DNA of 56,229 nucleotides, filler included, from Catajapyx aquilonaris (lineage: Eukaryota), in assembly GCA_000934665.2 (NCBI GenBank). It is 3 parts of 3 records of this genome, joined end to end, with 100 filler letters (N's around TTAATTAATTAA, not from the genome) between each part and the next. Parts side by side here need not be neighbours in the genome. Positions count along the whole stretch, not along the records: positions 18,730 to 37,448 come from JYFJ02006648.1; positions 37,549 to 56,229 come from JYFJ02006649.1; 1 more part is not named here. One strand, written 5' to 3'. The notes beneath the pieces were generated by a model, which was not told the DNA's origin, ran no database searches, and worked only from the letters and a program-made list of their open reading frames with translations. The translations under genes and the position numbers were made by a program. Shown here piece by piece: positions 24,376-37,877 of this stretch. Numbering within the stretch: position 1 is the stretch's first letter; each line of letters opens with the position of its first letter.

Positions 24376-24836
24376 GTATGACGGGATAGGCCGGCCTTTC
24401 GAGTCTGTCATAACTAAGTTATTATTAGACAACGCATTTCTAAGTTTTTACCTACTTTTGATTGTGTAGACAGAACACGTGGACACCAAATATCTATCCG
24501 TTTCATGACAAGGACCTCAAAAATCGTATAGTTTTATAGAACCTAAAATTGCCTGTTTCGGACGTTGAGACCTAAATGGTATATTAGCACCTATGAGTGC
24601 CTATTTCGACCTTTTTGACGCCGTTCGGTGTGATTTTCGAGAGTTCTGCGTTCAAGGAATTCCTCCCACTTCAGCCTGTGACGAGCGAAGAAGCGGTTGA
24701 TGTGTAGGATCCCGGCAATATGCCGTTAACACTTGTTGCTACTCGAAAGAACGGTTATTAATAGCCTTAAATAAGCTGCTACATTCGGCTCGACTGCTAT
24801 TCTATCGGCCATATTGGCTGCCAGTGAGGGAGCATT

Positions 24837-24840
<4 letters not shown>

Positions 24841-24898
<58 letters not shown>

Positions 24899-25226
24899 CC
24901 GGGGTAGTGCTTGACCTCACTATCCGAGGTATGCAGCACGGACCTTTATTTATTATATCAAGTACATTTGAGCCTTTTTACGTAGCGCCCGGGCCCACGG
25001 GCAGGATGACAGGAGGGGATGTGCAAGGTGAAGTGCAATTAAACGTGGCCATTTTTAGTGAACACCCCCGAGTGGTTTAGTCTGTGGAAATACCTCCCGA
25101 GACGAAGCCAGAGGTGACCCTGAACTCTGCACGAGATGAAGGGGGTGTCCCCGGGCTGGGATCGAACCCGGGACCTTAACATCCGTGGGCGCATACGTTA
25201 CCGCAGCACCACTCCGCCTCCCCTAT
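24841..25226 (-). mobile_element. tRNA-derived SINE with (TTA)n tail, 18-bp TSD
   Basis: Head gggaggcggagtgg..cccacggat..cccgggttcgatccc on -; TSD agtgagggagcattttaa at 24823-24840 and 25227-25244. Confidence 0.92.
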
Positions 25227-25379
25227 AGTGAGGGAGCATTTTAACGGTCGCCGAATAACTGCGATTAACCAACGAAAATACGGAATAACTGCTAATTTGT
25301 TACTGTGCTGCAAAATTCCAGAGCCAAGAGTATAGGCTGTATTTATAGACGCTAACTATTAAGTCGAACTGTAGAAATA

Positions 25380-25908
25380 CAGTTGAATTCGGATATAACA
25401 GACTTCTATAGAGACCGAGGAAATTAGTATGTTATAATCGAGGTTTGGTGTAGCCAAATCGCCACTTTTGCAACGAAATCGCAAGTTTTCTTCTTTCACG
25501 TGCTTATAATACACACTAATATAATTATACTGCATACTGATTAATGAAACTATCCACAAACATGCAAAATTAGCTCACCCAAAACTACTTTACGCATCAG
25601 TACCAAAAAATCCGCAATTTTCTTTTTCCGTCTCATTCTTTCCAACGATATCAGTGACAGGTGGAAAAATCACCACCGCTCCAGTATTCAGTGCTTTCCT
25701 CTCATGGAAAAGGAAACTGAGCTGTGATTAAAAACATCATGTTTTCCCACCGAGGGGCCAAATGGTCTGTTATAGTATACCCGAGGTGAGGTGAAAATGA
25801 GTCTGTTACACAAGGCCTTATGGAAGTATATATGGTGGGACTGGCCTTACGAGTCTGTTATAACCGAAAGTCTGTTACAGGCGAGGCTGTTATATCTGGA
25901 CTCAACTG
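25380..25908. mobile_element. Tigger/pogo-like MITE
   Basis: TA-cagttgaattcggatataacag...ctgttatatctggactcaactg; subterminal tgttata repeats. Confidence 0.8.
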
Positions 25909-26063
25909 AATTTGACTGAAACTGCTAGAATTTAGAAGGGCTGATAGTATTTTTAAAAAGGGCCAGCTTCCCCTGAGTTGCAAGTAACTTATATAGGTCA
26001 GAACGGATCACATTAACTCTCATGTAAGGTCACACAATATGCATCGCAATTTATAGGGCTCGA

Positions 26064-26391
26064 GAGGGAGGCGGAGTGGCTCTGCGGTAAGGTATACGCG
26101 CCCACGGATCCCAAGGTCCCGGGTTCGATCCCATCCCAGTCCGGGGACACCCCCTTCATCTCGTGCAGAGTTAGGTCGTCTCTGGCTTCATCTCTGGTGG
26201 AATCTCCAATAGACATATCCACCTGGGGGAGTTCACAAAATGTACCCATATCAGACAGCGCACTGCACTTTGCTCATCCTGCCCGTGGGCCCGGGGGCTT
26301 CAATGCATATAGGCACCAACTATGCAATTTAAAAAAATAAAAGTCCGTGTGATGTACCCCCACTTGGGGGGGAAAGCACTACCACAGGATT

Positions 26392-26424
<33 letters not shown>
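26064..26424 (+). mobile_element. tRNA-derived SINE (same family as 24841-25226) with (TTG)n tail
   Basis: Same head and body; TSD gggctcga at 26056-26063 and 26425-26432. Confidence 0.9.
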
Positions 26425-26450
26425 GGGCTCGAATGAATGCTTGCATTTAA

Positions 26451-26733
26451 CCCTGGAACCGTGCCGTGGGGTCTTTTTGGACCCCAAGGAAAAAAATGCA
26501 TTAAAATGATCATTACAATGAACTGTTTGCCATTTTTTACAGTATATAACAGGAAGTGCAGGTTTATTTTGAATTAGCGATCATTTTAGGCATTGTTCAA
26601 AGAATGATTGTATATAGTCAATACATTGAAAAGTATTATGTAATAATTAATAAAAATTAAAATATGGTGGGGTCCGAAAATACCCCACGGCACGGTTGCC
26701 GTAATATTCGTCAGGCCCGGCACGGTTCCAGGG
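26451..26733. mobile_element. piggyBac-type MITE
   Basis: TTAA TSD both sides; TIR ccctggaaccgtgccg; internal repeat ccccacggcacggtt. Confidence 0.9.
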
Positions 26734-27609
26734 TTAATCTAATACTCCTGAAGTACTAATATATTTAATATATCCTGGTTGTAGTAACCGTCTCAATAAA
26801 GTAACTATAGCCGTTTATTGCCATAAAGTTCGAATCATTATGAATATTTCACACAAGAACCTTGCGATAAGTCAAATCAAAATTACACCCTCGTTGCTTA
26901 TACGGTAATTTCAGCACTTCAGTTTCAAGATATCCTCATTTAAGTCAAGTAATACACAGTTGAGTAATGTGATATGATGGGTCATCCTATACGGATTATT
27001 CCCTCGCCCCGCAGACCCTTATGCGACATCGCCGACATGGATCGCCTGAAGCGCAGCAGGATGACTTCTGTGACGCAGCGCATGTGTGTGACGAAACTCA
27101 ACGTGCGAAATGATCCCGGCACAGTTGATTTTGGTCATATCTGCTTCAATTCGGAAGTAATGGGATACATACCGCAAAAGGACCTCAGTGATGAGATGAG
27201 TCAGAGAGGAGGATCGAACAACACTCTTTGTAATAATTTGGTTTTGTCCTTCTTTTGCAGGAATTATCTTGGACTCCAAATGAATAAAAAACCAGCAGGA
27301 TATTTCCTTTGAAAGAGCTTTTGTTTCGCATTACGGGATATAGCCTATATGTAGAGAAAATGACAACCTCAAAATATCCAAGTAAATTCTGCGGCACTGA
27401 TTTATATACATTCAATTTCACACCCATTTTTCCTCCTCCTTGGCCTATACACTGTAAACCTCCAAACATTAAAAGCTGATCACTGCTGGTGACTGCCCCT
27501 ATATGGAGCATCAATTGCTCTTCGAATGATCTTGATGGTGGTGTTTTTATTGCTAAAAAGCATCACAATGTGAGCATTAGAAAAGCATTATAAATTGATG
27601 TTCCATGGG

Positions 27610-28420
27610 CAGTGTTATTGGGAAAGATCACCCCAAAATGTATCTAGATCAGATCCCAGATACTTCAGCATTTTCGTACCTAGATCCCAGTTCAGATCTC
27701 TCAATTCTAAAGGATCTAGGTATGATCTAGATCAGATTTCAGATCACACAACCTAAAGTGATTTACGTCAATTAGCAGTTTAGTTCAAGTGAAGAGAGAT
27801 GCAGAGAATTTGAATATTGTCTGCCACCCGCCCCAGGGGCACATTGCTAAATTGCAAGAGAAAACACTGAGAAAAGATCCATTGATGAATGTGTCAAAAA
27901 TATAATGACCTTGCAATTGAAAATATTATAATAAGTACACAGAATAATTTCACACACATAAAAATAGTTGAAACATACAGGCCTATAGTCAATAAATCAT
28001 ACAATTCCCAGCATGTCCCATACATATTAGTCTATATTTTGACAAGTATGAATTACATAATAGACGAGAACTTGTATAATAGAAAAACACAAACTTATCC
28101 AATTAATGGCCAGGCCTACACAGTTCTTTTTTAAAATACATTCAGTGATTTAAAAAATAATATAAACTTGCAAATTTTGACATAATATATTGACTTGCCA
28201 TCTTCGGTCCCCTTTTTTACCTAGACTTGACATAATCTTTTGAAGATGACTTGAGCATCAGGAACATTTCGAAAAAAAGACATGATCTGGAAAATTCAGA
28301 TCTTTAGATCATAGATCCCATGGAAAAAGTATCTAGATACAAGTACAGATACTCCGTTTTAAAAGTACCTAGATCAGATCATAGATCACGCGTTTGGGAT
28401 CCAGATCCTGCCCAACACTG
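27610..28420. mobile_element. hAT-like MITE with agatc/gatct subterminal repeats, nested in an older inverted-repeat element (~27440-28492)
   Basis: cagtgtt..gggaaagatc / gatcctgcccaacactg termini; imperfect TSD tccatggg / tccat(cat)ggg; outer arms ctgtaaacc..aaacattaaaag..atcactg.tggtga inverted. Confidence 0.7.
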
Positions 28421-30266
28421 TCCATCATGGGACACTCATCACCACCAGTGATGCTCTTTTAATGTTTTGCGGTTTACAGCCGTGTAGCCAACAAGCTATA
28501 TGGATGGTAGTAGTCTAAAATAATATGATGTCATGTCGGTCATCATCAGAGTACAGTATATAAGTAATAGGCTACAAAAATATGGATATATCCAATGGAC
28601 ACATCCAAAACAAGCAGCGCCGGCCATTCGCCCGCACACTAACTTGTATAATAATGATAAAAGACGTAAGCAATTTTTGCCCTGAATTGCCATGGCGGTC
28701 AGGGCCTCGAAAAATTAAACCATATAGGCCTACGCATAAAATGCACACAAAAGCAGGTGTATATTTTCCACGCTATACTGCTCATGGGGAATAGCAGAGG
28801 AACCATGTTGTTGAGTAATTGGTAGCCTATACTAACAGCTTATTGGCTGCATTGAGCCCGAGCCAACAATAAGAGTATATAGGCCTATACGGTATACTGG
28901 TATAGGCTATATGAGACCTGATAGGCCTAGAGATGTGTCCAGTTTGTCGATTAACTATGCAGCATTGTATAGAAAATAAAACAAATGCATGAATTTGTCC
29001 TGCAGAGTACACACAATCAATAAGCTTCTGTTCTGCTATCAGTTTCATATCAATAGTGAAACAACAGTTAATAGCCTACACCACTCATCCAGTGCACTTA
29101 ATTAAATCAATAATGCAATGATTACAATAATTGGATGTAATTATGATGGAAACGAGATAGTAATAAACATGAACATGTTATCCTCGCTTTAAACCGCGAC
29201 TGCTGTCTGGTGATATATACTCGTACATATATCTTATTATTATTATCTGACATTTGTTTATTTTCAACTAATAAGAGAAAATATTATCTCCTATGTACCA
29301 TAATTATGCAGCGTTTTTGGAAAATTCATTAGAGCCTAATATATTATACCATAGCACTATGTAAGTTATGTATACTGGGCACCATTGTGCTGGATCAAAA
29401 CGTCACCTGGAACTTTGTCAGAAATGTACACAGCAAATATATAGATGGAGGCATAAATGCAGCTCTATATTACGCCAACTCTATACTGTTATAGGAACAG
29501 CACAGTTCCAAATAGAAAATAGCTGCGATTAGCCTATAAATACCTTATCTGCAAAGACTGGGATATGCATATATAGCTATAATTTTATTCCCATTTTTCT
29601 GTAGAGGTTATGAATCAATATATGCACTACGCGTAAACTATACCAAAATTCATATATTAAAATGTGCCTTACGTAACTGGTTTGGTACAATTGACAAGCC
29701 AATAAAAGAACACAATATAATAATGTAACGGCGATTTAGAACGTGTCCATGAGAGATACTTATCGTGTCACGCCAACAGCAGGGCCGAGTTCTTTTCAGC
29801 TGTCATTGTGGCATGACACCATTCGACCGCTGCTTTTACAGGAATGCATAAATTGTCCGCAGGTGGAAACATCGCGTTTGTTCTGCACGTGTCTAGTATA
29901 GTAAACAACTAATTTTATAAAAAGAAATGCTGTAGAATGGATCGAAGTCACATTCGGCCTTATAGTATATTGATGGTGTTAGCAATAACGTACGAGGTAT
30001 ACAAGTATAATTATACAGATATAAGAACAATACAAGCATTATCAGCATCTCATGCATGAATATAATTATTATGTGTGACGATATACCGGTATTATATTAT
30101 TAAGTTATTACACGGATGCGGATGGTCAGATTTTTATCATAAAAATCTGCCCATCCGCATCCGTGTTGAGAATAAAAGTATCACCTTCACCTTTTATCCT
30201 AACATGAATATAAAATTCATGAATCATGATAATATGAATTTAATTAATGCAATCGTTCCACCTATA

Positions 30267-30545
30267 CTCTCCGATTCGCATAAGTCCGAACCTTTTCGGG
30301 TATATAAACGCCCGAGGGGGTGAGCCGCCGCAAAATTAGTCCCCGGTATTGCTGCTTTCTCGAAGAAACAGTGCTGGTAGTCTGGTACATGTAATAATTC
30401 GAATGGCTAATTATCATGGGCTGCCCATGCGGTAGCTGCAGCGCTACACAAACTGCATATTTTGATGTGAAAAGCGGTATATGGTGGGCACTACTTTCGG
30501 GCGTAGGGATATCCAAAAAGGTTCGGACTTATGCAAATCGGAGAG
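30267..30545. mobile_element. TA-flanked MITE
   Basis: TIR ctctccgattcgcataagtccgaacctttt / aaaaggttcggacttatgcaaatcggagag with TA TSD. Confidence 0.85.
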
Positions 30546-32618
30546 TAGGCCTGTATAAAAAATAAGACAACAACATCGTTGACCTATATATACAATTAAC
30601 TCACAGAGTGTGAATTTGTGATCCACATATGAATGCCTCATTTTCCAGAATATTAGGCCTATATACTTCATTTTATTTCTGGTTTTGATTGCCACAATAT
30701 TTACATGTGCTTACACTTGCATATCATCCGATTTAAATGCGACTATACTATGCATGCAACACTATAAGATTTCGATTTTAGTTATTAATTAATTAATTAA
30801 TTATTGCCTGCATGTCCTTGCTCAAGTAGCTGTAAATGTTCGACACATCACAGCACGAATACCTGAAAATTCAGAAAAATCATAATGACAGTTCAAATCA
30901 TTGCAGGCTTTGCATGGCCTTTTTTCTTTCGTGTATTTTGGGGGCTGTAACTGCTCCATCAGAAAACCCAATTGGCAGTCAGAATACTGGAATTGATAAC
31001 TACAAGTAAAAGTTACACCACACAATACCTATAACTCAATTGTGACTCAAAATGTGACTCCGATCGTTCTGGATTTCACGCCTTCAGTCATGAAACTGTC
31101 ACCCGAAGGAGTAACAACCAACCATTTTATAGGCCTACATTTTAGTGTACACCGGATTTACGCAGAGATATACTCAATTATCATGAAGGGATTTATGGGA
31201 CCTAATGTAAAGACATTGTACTGTACATGAAGGGATTTGTGCCCTAATGTAAGCTTACTCTCGATTAAAGTAGTTGTTGCCACCATAATTCGCAACGTTA
31301 ACATATAGCAATCTTGTTACATGGGGCACATGTGCTAAAATTAAATGTCACGCTCGACTTATTTTGTAAACAGTGTCTCATGAGATATCCCATGCTATTT
31401 CAGGGCAGGGCTTTTGGCCCTAAGTGGTCCGGATGGTATAGGCCGGGGTTAAAATTTCCGCGCCATCACATTCGACCTCCTTGATGAATGTCCGTGAATG
31501 TAAGGCGCGTATGGACCAGAGGGGTTGGTCCAAAGCTGAAATTTGGCGATCCCTTTCAAGTAGGCGCCACCCAATGGAAATTCAGCTTGTAACAAGCCTC
31601 CCCTTACCCTCCAGCACCCTCCCTCACTCTCTCTTCCTAAACCCCGATATTCTCTTTCTCCCTGGAGCTTCCACAGGGCCAGGGGTGGAAATGTGGCATC
31701 GCAGCGGGGAATTGGCGTCTGCTCGGCCTGGCCGAGGATGCCATCCATCCATTCAGCTGCCTGATTGCCTTCCCTCGGGCCCCTCTTTACGGGCTGCCAA
31801 CCCTGCGGCGGCGGGGAAGAAAGAAAGGAGAAAAGCGAAGGGGAAACATGCATTCCCAGCTGACTCGTCACTCCGAGAAAGGCTGACTAAATTTACGACG
31901 GATAATTGCACGGTTTGGACGCATCTCACCAAAGTAATATCAACCTAGCATGTTGGGCCCTGGAGTGACGTGATCAAGGCTTCTTAAAACAGTTCAAAAT
32001 TAATTGGCGTGTTTAAACTGGGAGTAGTGTCATAAAATTGGCCTCTGCCACCCCTTGTTGGTTGCATGCTTAAAATCAGTTAGCCTAATCTGAAGGTGAT
32101 TCTGCCAAGAAAAAATTGCTCCTTGGTAGTGTGACCAACAATGGAAGGGCTAATTTTGCTGGCTAAAATGATGGCACTGATGGAAAACGGTGTCTAGACA
32201 ATATCACATGTAATTTTTGGTCTTGATATCTCGCCCCATGCAGCAACTAGGCCTATACAATAATGGTGAATAAGACACTGGTTTTCATCTTTATTTTGTA
32301 GCAGCAATAATAGCCTATCTATTAGTTACTAATATACGGTACCTGTTCAAATGGGGTAGGCCTACAACTGATGGTACAAGCTTGCTGTATTCGTCAGCTT
32401 ATTTGTTGGAATTGGCGGAAGTCGTATTTGCCACTCTGATGCCAGTAGCATTTTCTGGTTGAATCAATAGCCAATTATTAACTTTCATTAATCATTTCCA
32501 CTTAGCGCTTAACTAGATTGTGGGGAGGCAAGTTACATCAGTGTAAATTTCAGGGGATAAGGAGGGAGGGCCCATATAAATCGTGCTGAAGTAAATAAGT
32601 AGGCCTACCTAATATAGG

Positions 32619-32958
32619 CAGCCCACCCCGACTTACAATTATTGACGTCATCACTTTGTTTACCAACTCCTAGTCAACGGAAATCTGCCGAACGCACCCC
32701 TGGAACCTCCCACTTTTTAGATTTCCATGGAGATGCCCTCACAAAACAGTAGCCTACGAGTAAACAGTGTCAACAAAAAGAACACTGTGCTGTTTACTCA
32801 TAGTGTTGCATGAGGGCATCTGAGTCCATGAAACTTGAAAAGTGGGAGCAGGTTCAAAGGGTGCGTTCGGCAGATTCACGCAGAATCTTTGGATTCACGT
32901 TGACTGGGAGTTGGCAAACGAAATAATGACGTCATTGGCTTTAAATTAGGGTGGCTGC
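32619..32958. mobile_element. Palindromic MITE (~340 bp)
   Basis: gcagcc.accc..tgacgtcat..ccaactcc.agtcaacg..aatctgccgaacgcaccc inverted on the right; core shared with 11475-11586. Confidence 0.8.
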
Positions 32959-33449
32959 ATCAGATATATGCATCAGAACAATTAGAGTCGCATTGGTATT
33001 ATTTCCAGGTGTGATAGTTTAAAGTTTGAGCCATTATGGACTAATAATGTTGCTTCAGAAGGCGCTCGTCAAGAACTGTATTATTAGCCTACTGCCTACA
33101 CAATGACTGACGAACGAAATGTGGCTTTTTTGATCCCTCTCCAATTCGCATCTCCAAGTGCACACACTGAACATACGTTTCTTTTGTTTGGGCTTACTCT
33201 CGATCACCATACAAACAACCTACGCCTTCCGTTGTTCGCAAGACAGAACTGAGAGAAGGTTCGAGACAGTTGGCAGCATTGCTACGTATTGATAAGAACA
33301 CAGACGGGATGCAGCACCGTTGCATCAAACAACAAAACAACGTCACATCCTGCATGTAACAAACCACGTTCGTATCTACCATAACTATGATAAAACATGA
33401 GCCTGTGGATAAAACAATAATCCGGGCCTGCACAATCCGGCAACCCCGC

Positions 33450-34251
33450 AGATATATATATATATATATGGGCAAGCCGGGAGGGAGGGAAGTGGCGTCG
33501 TGGGGGTGGGAATGCGGGTGGGGGGTGGGGGAGAGTGGGTGNCCCCCCAACCCCCATCCTGCCCCCACCGCATCTACTGTTACACCTTTCCCCACCCTGA
33601 TTGGCCAACAAGTTGTTCCCCCCAGCGTTTGGATTGGCCCTCCCAGAGCGCATGCGTGCCTTCCACTCGGAACCGGTTGCCAGGCGAAGGGCGCTGTGAG
33701 TCGCGCGCAACAACCGCTCAACTCTCGCCATTTCCTCCGCCGAGCGCTGTTCGCACACCCCCGCTGAATAAATGGCGTTCATTGAGCGGTAAAGGCTGCA
33801 GACCAACCCTGCGGACCAGCTCAATACACGCCCCACGCGCATGACGGGTATTGCACCCAGCGCAAATCGGACAGATTCGCAAACTCGGAGGGAAAAAAAT
33901 TGGTCCGTGGGAGTTAGGCTGGTTTTGCCGTGACCGAGGTGACGAAAGTGGCGCGGGCCAATCAGGGACAGGCTGCGTTATGAATCTGTAATTGACTGGC
34001 CCGCGGCGCAGCGCTAGAGACTTAGCGACCGGTTTAATTAACATGAGCGATCGGGTCGCTTGATAAACTGCGGGTGTTAAAAGTGAGGCGCCACGTTTGC
34101 GGGGAAAATGCCGGGAAGATGTTGTACACACGAAAGCTGTCGATCGGACCTATCGAATTATCCAGCGTGATTGGTGCCTCAACTCCTGAGGACCCGTAAT
34201 TAACTGTACGTTAATGGGCCTGAAGTGTCCTATGCATTGGGACCGGAAAGG
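33450..34251. promoter_or_regulatory. CpG-rich promoter-like island with multiple CCAAT boxes
   Basis: gattggcc at ~33599 and ~33632, ggccaatc ~33956, G-runs, (TA)n at 33452-33468; splice-donor-like sites at both edges (33198 on -, 34250 on +). Confidence 0.5.
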
Positions 34252-35790
34252 TAATGGGTTATTTATAGGCTTTGTTAGCGCCGCTGCAGTATACTATAAC
34301 CGAGGCTCACAGATTATGTGTAGGGCTGCAAGGAAAAGGGGACTGAACATATGCTGGAATTATTAAGGAGCACTATTGTAATTCCAAAACATTGATAAAA
34401 GTTTGCCTAATTGAATCCAAGCTCTGAATTGCAATAAGTCTAATTTGAATGGCTCATATTGGAACAATTGGTAGAGAACGTCAATGATCGGTAGAAACCC
34501 AGCATTTTTTGCAGACCACACGGCTGCTACAGATGTTAAAATGATAGCCACTAAGCGTACCGGTAACTATTCAAAAATAACTGCTTAACAATAACTTATA
34601 GCTTAGCACCAAAAATTGCTTGAATCAATAATGACATTTTAGAATTGGTAAGTTTATAACACAATGCCAATATAAGGGCGACCTAGGTTCCTCGAGATAT
34701 TCTATTGCAAAATTACCCTGTTAGTTGTATTTTGCAATTTCTAATCCATTGCATTGTAGAGATAATTAGATTACATGTTAAACTTGCTAAAACGCGTAAG
34801 GGCGAGGATTATCCTGCGCACCAGGCGACCCAGCTGGCAGGGGCTGTTGGGGGTTGGCATAACCAGCAGGATGACCGCCATTGTGTAAACTACGTGTGTA
34901 GTCACTACATACAAAACGCTTTGACACAACAAAATGTGTGCTCATGTGAGGGTAATTTACAAATCTATATGATATTGGTAGTCTAATATTATGGCAGTCA
35001 TATCTACAGGATAAAAAATGAGCGATTTAGGCCTACTTGGAAAATTCTGGCACCAACCAGCTTATTTGTTATAGTATTAGACTACCGGTGTACGTACTAT
35101 CAATTCAGATTTAATCATTTCTTCAACACTCTCAATTTCAATAAATATCTGATTAGGAATTAATTACCCATGGGAATAGAGTTCGGATCGAAAACCTGCG
35201 CTGCTGTAACATGAGTATATACTGGTAGTTTTCAGATAAACGGAAAATAACTTTCCAGCTTCTGTACCTGATACACGAACGACTGAACGAGACTAAACTT
35301 TTAAGCATTAGAATTACTGAGATGCTAATTTCCCCTGTTACTTGTGAAACAACTGTAATATTACCTGATTGCATGAAAATATGCAGGTTAATAATTAATG
35401 ACGACGAGACGTCACAACGACTACAATGATGGTGAAGAACATCACTTACAAAGAGAAGTGGAGTAAGTTAATTGGTGAAGACTGAGCATATAGCCTAACA
35501 AATAATTACCGGTATATCATCTTATCTTACTTACTCTCCGATCCGATGGTACAGATTGAATGCTATTTTGTCTCCATTTCGTATAGCCATATGTTATGAA
35601 TTATTTTGTTTAATTTAAAAGATTAGGGGTCGAGCATTTTTTTAAAAAAAATTAATTTGATGTCACTGATATGGATTTGCGATTGATTTAAATGAAACTC
35701 TTCTAAACTCTCCAGTTTCATTTTTCAATATTAAGAATTTAAATTCAATATATGCAATTTGATCTGTCTGCATTTCACGTCTTCAATTAA

Positions 35791-37311
35791 AGGTGGTCGC
35801 ACCGGTTATGGCCATGTTCCTGATATGCTCGCTATTGTGAGTTAACTAACAATCCGCTATATGGCATCAGCAGCCAGTGAGGGTGCCTCTAAGTGTGTCA
35901 CTTGATCATTTCCCATCCACCCAAGTTGAGCCATATGGCCTCAGTTGCCTGATTTGTGTTTTTCGTGTGACCTCTTCTTGTTTTTCTCATGTACCCATAC
36001 GCCTCCTTTGTTTTATGCATGTTTTTCAAATACATTTTTCATGAAAACCATCGTACTCTATGCGTCGCCAGCAATGGTGGACGTCGGCCTTGCTACTCCT
36101 GCGCCCAGAGCAGTGTAAAACAGCTGTAACTCGGTTAATTTTGATCGATTTAATTTTATTTTTCAATGTACACTTACCCTGCTTACCCCGATGACTCTAA
36201 AATTAATATTTTAATATTATGTTTGTAAGTAATATTGGTGTTTGGTTCCGCGGGTTCCGCTTATGAGGTTTTGCATTGCATTTTGCTCTTGGGTCCGAAA
36301 AAGCTATACTTCCAATTGAAATATTTCTTTTATCTCAACATGTATGTGAAATATACGATGTGTGTGACAAAATTCCGCTTCCATATTTAAGATTGGTCCA
36401 CAAAGAAGTGAGATTATGGTGTCTAATTCCACTGCCACGATGTCCACCATTCCTTTGGCTACGTTCAGTTTTTAATGCTCTTTCGATTGGTGTTCTCGGC
36501 GTGGGTGGCGTATGTTTTACGATTTGTTCATAATCAAACGATTTTCGTAAAAGCTGACCTGCTCCTGATATGGCCACATCAAGTGCACCATGGTCATATC
36601 AAGTATTATATTTTATTTGTCCCAATTGCGAACTGTAATCTCATTTTTGTCTTGTGCTCTTCTCTTGAATGATTTCAAAGTGTTTTTTTTTTTCTTCTTC
36701 TTGAAAGATATTGTAATAGTGTCAGTTTTGCAAACAACCTCATTTTTAATGGTAATTCCTGTTTTGAATCCACTTTTGCGTAACAAAAAAGATTATTTCG
36801 TATCATGTTTATTGATGTTTATTGATGTTTATTGATGTCTGAGGTGGGCAGGGGTGGGGGGTGGGATAGGTTGTTTTTTTAGGTCTATTATCATGAGTTT
36901 TATAGTTCATATGTTGGGTTAGCTTGCGTCTCCCTTCATCGCTGACTACCCCTCATAGGGAAATGTCGTGATGTTGTTGTTGTTGTTGTTGTATGTTTAT
37001 AGAGTTTCACACCAAAATCACTTAATTTCAGCATAACTGTACTATGAATCTGGTAAAAATCACTATTTGTAAAAACAAGGGTGGCCATATCATGTGCACA
37101 GCATGTTCCTCACATAGCCACTGTGTCGACTTTTGGAATTCCGTTTTTTTGGACCAGTAAAACTATTTTCATGGGGAATTAAATTTATCACTATATATGA
37201 CAGTCCATTAACATGGGAACGATTATAAAATACTTGTTTTTTATTTTTTCCCCAAAAAGGCGGCTAAAAAATTCTCAAACCTTAGCATGGACATAACCGG
37301 CACAACCACCT
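35791..37311. mobile_element. Kolobok-like non-autonomous element (~1.5 kb)
   Basis: ttaa-aggtggtcgcaccggttatggccatg / catggacataaccggcacaaccacct; right TSD degenerate. Confidence 0.55.
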
Positions 37312-37448
37312 ACAACTTTAATTATCATTCAGACTCGTTCTCACGGATATGCATCGATATACCGGCAACATTTATCTGATAATTTCACTACTTTTGACCC
37401 ATTAAAAGTTATTGTAGATTTGTTTAATTGTTATTGTTTGTAATGGGT

Positions 37449-37548
37449 NNNNNNNNNNNNNNNNNNNNNNNNNNNNNNNNNNNNNNNNNNNNTTAATTAA
37501 TTAANNNNNNNNNNNNNNNNNNNNNNNNNNNNNNNNNNNNNNNNNNNN
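37449..37548. other. Assembly gap with artificial TTAATTAATTAA linker
   Basis: Same construct as 18630-18729. Confidence 0.97.
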
Positions 37549-37877
37549 CATCCTCAAGTGGGCTCTGATTGGTCCACTATTTCGCTTCGTTCGTTTCGTA
37601 TGCTACCGTCAGCCAGTTGTGAACACCCCTACGGCGCTTGGCTGGCGGGAGATGGAGGCAATGCCCGCCGCCAGTAGGCAGGAGTCTTCGGTAAAGATGC
37701 AGACTCACATTAAAAAATTCCTGGATGCTGGAGGGGACCACTTTTGGTATATTCTTTAGTCGGACCTTGTTTGACATGGTACAAGGTAAGTATAAGCCAA
37801 TTCTCATCAGGAACCATACCATAGTTAAAAGGTTATTGAGGAATGTTTGGGTTTCCATTCGAGAGAATCACCCTGTA

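Larger units (their letters stand above)
22759..24415. mobile_element. Interrupted copy of the Tigger/pogo-like MITE also found at 25380-25908
   Basis: 22759-23105 and 24376-24415 align with ~25550-25865 (atgcaaaattagctca, gtgaaaatgagtctgtta, cgagtctgt.ataac). Confidence 0.7.

Noticed and set aside
27640..28410. CRISPR-like short repeats (agatc; also ggagtgca at 16520-16680)
   Set aside because: Irregular subterminal transposase-binding motifs in eukaryotic MITEs; no constant repeat-spacer period.
30885..30960. ERV1/ALR-like shuttle motif RPCKACND
   Set aside because: Following sequence lacks the ALR core (ELGR..W..LH, CxxC).
33194..34131. Several long overlapping ORFs
   Set aside because: Expected in GC-rich promoter-like DNA; no recognisable domains.
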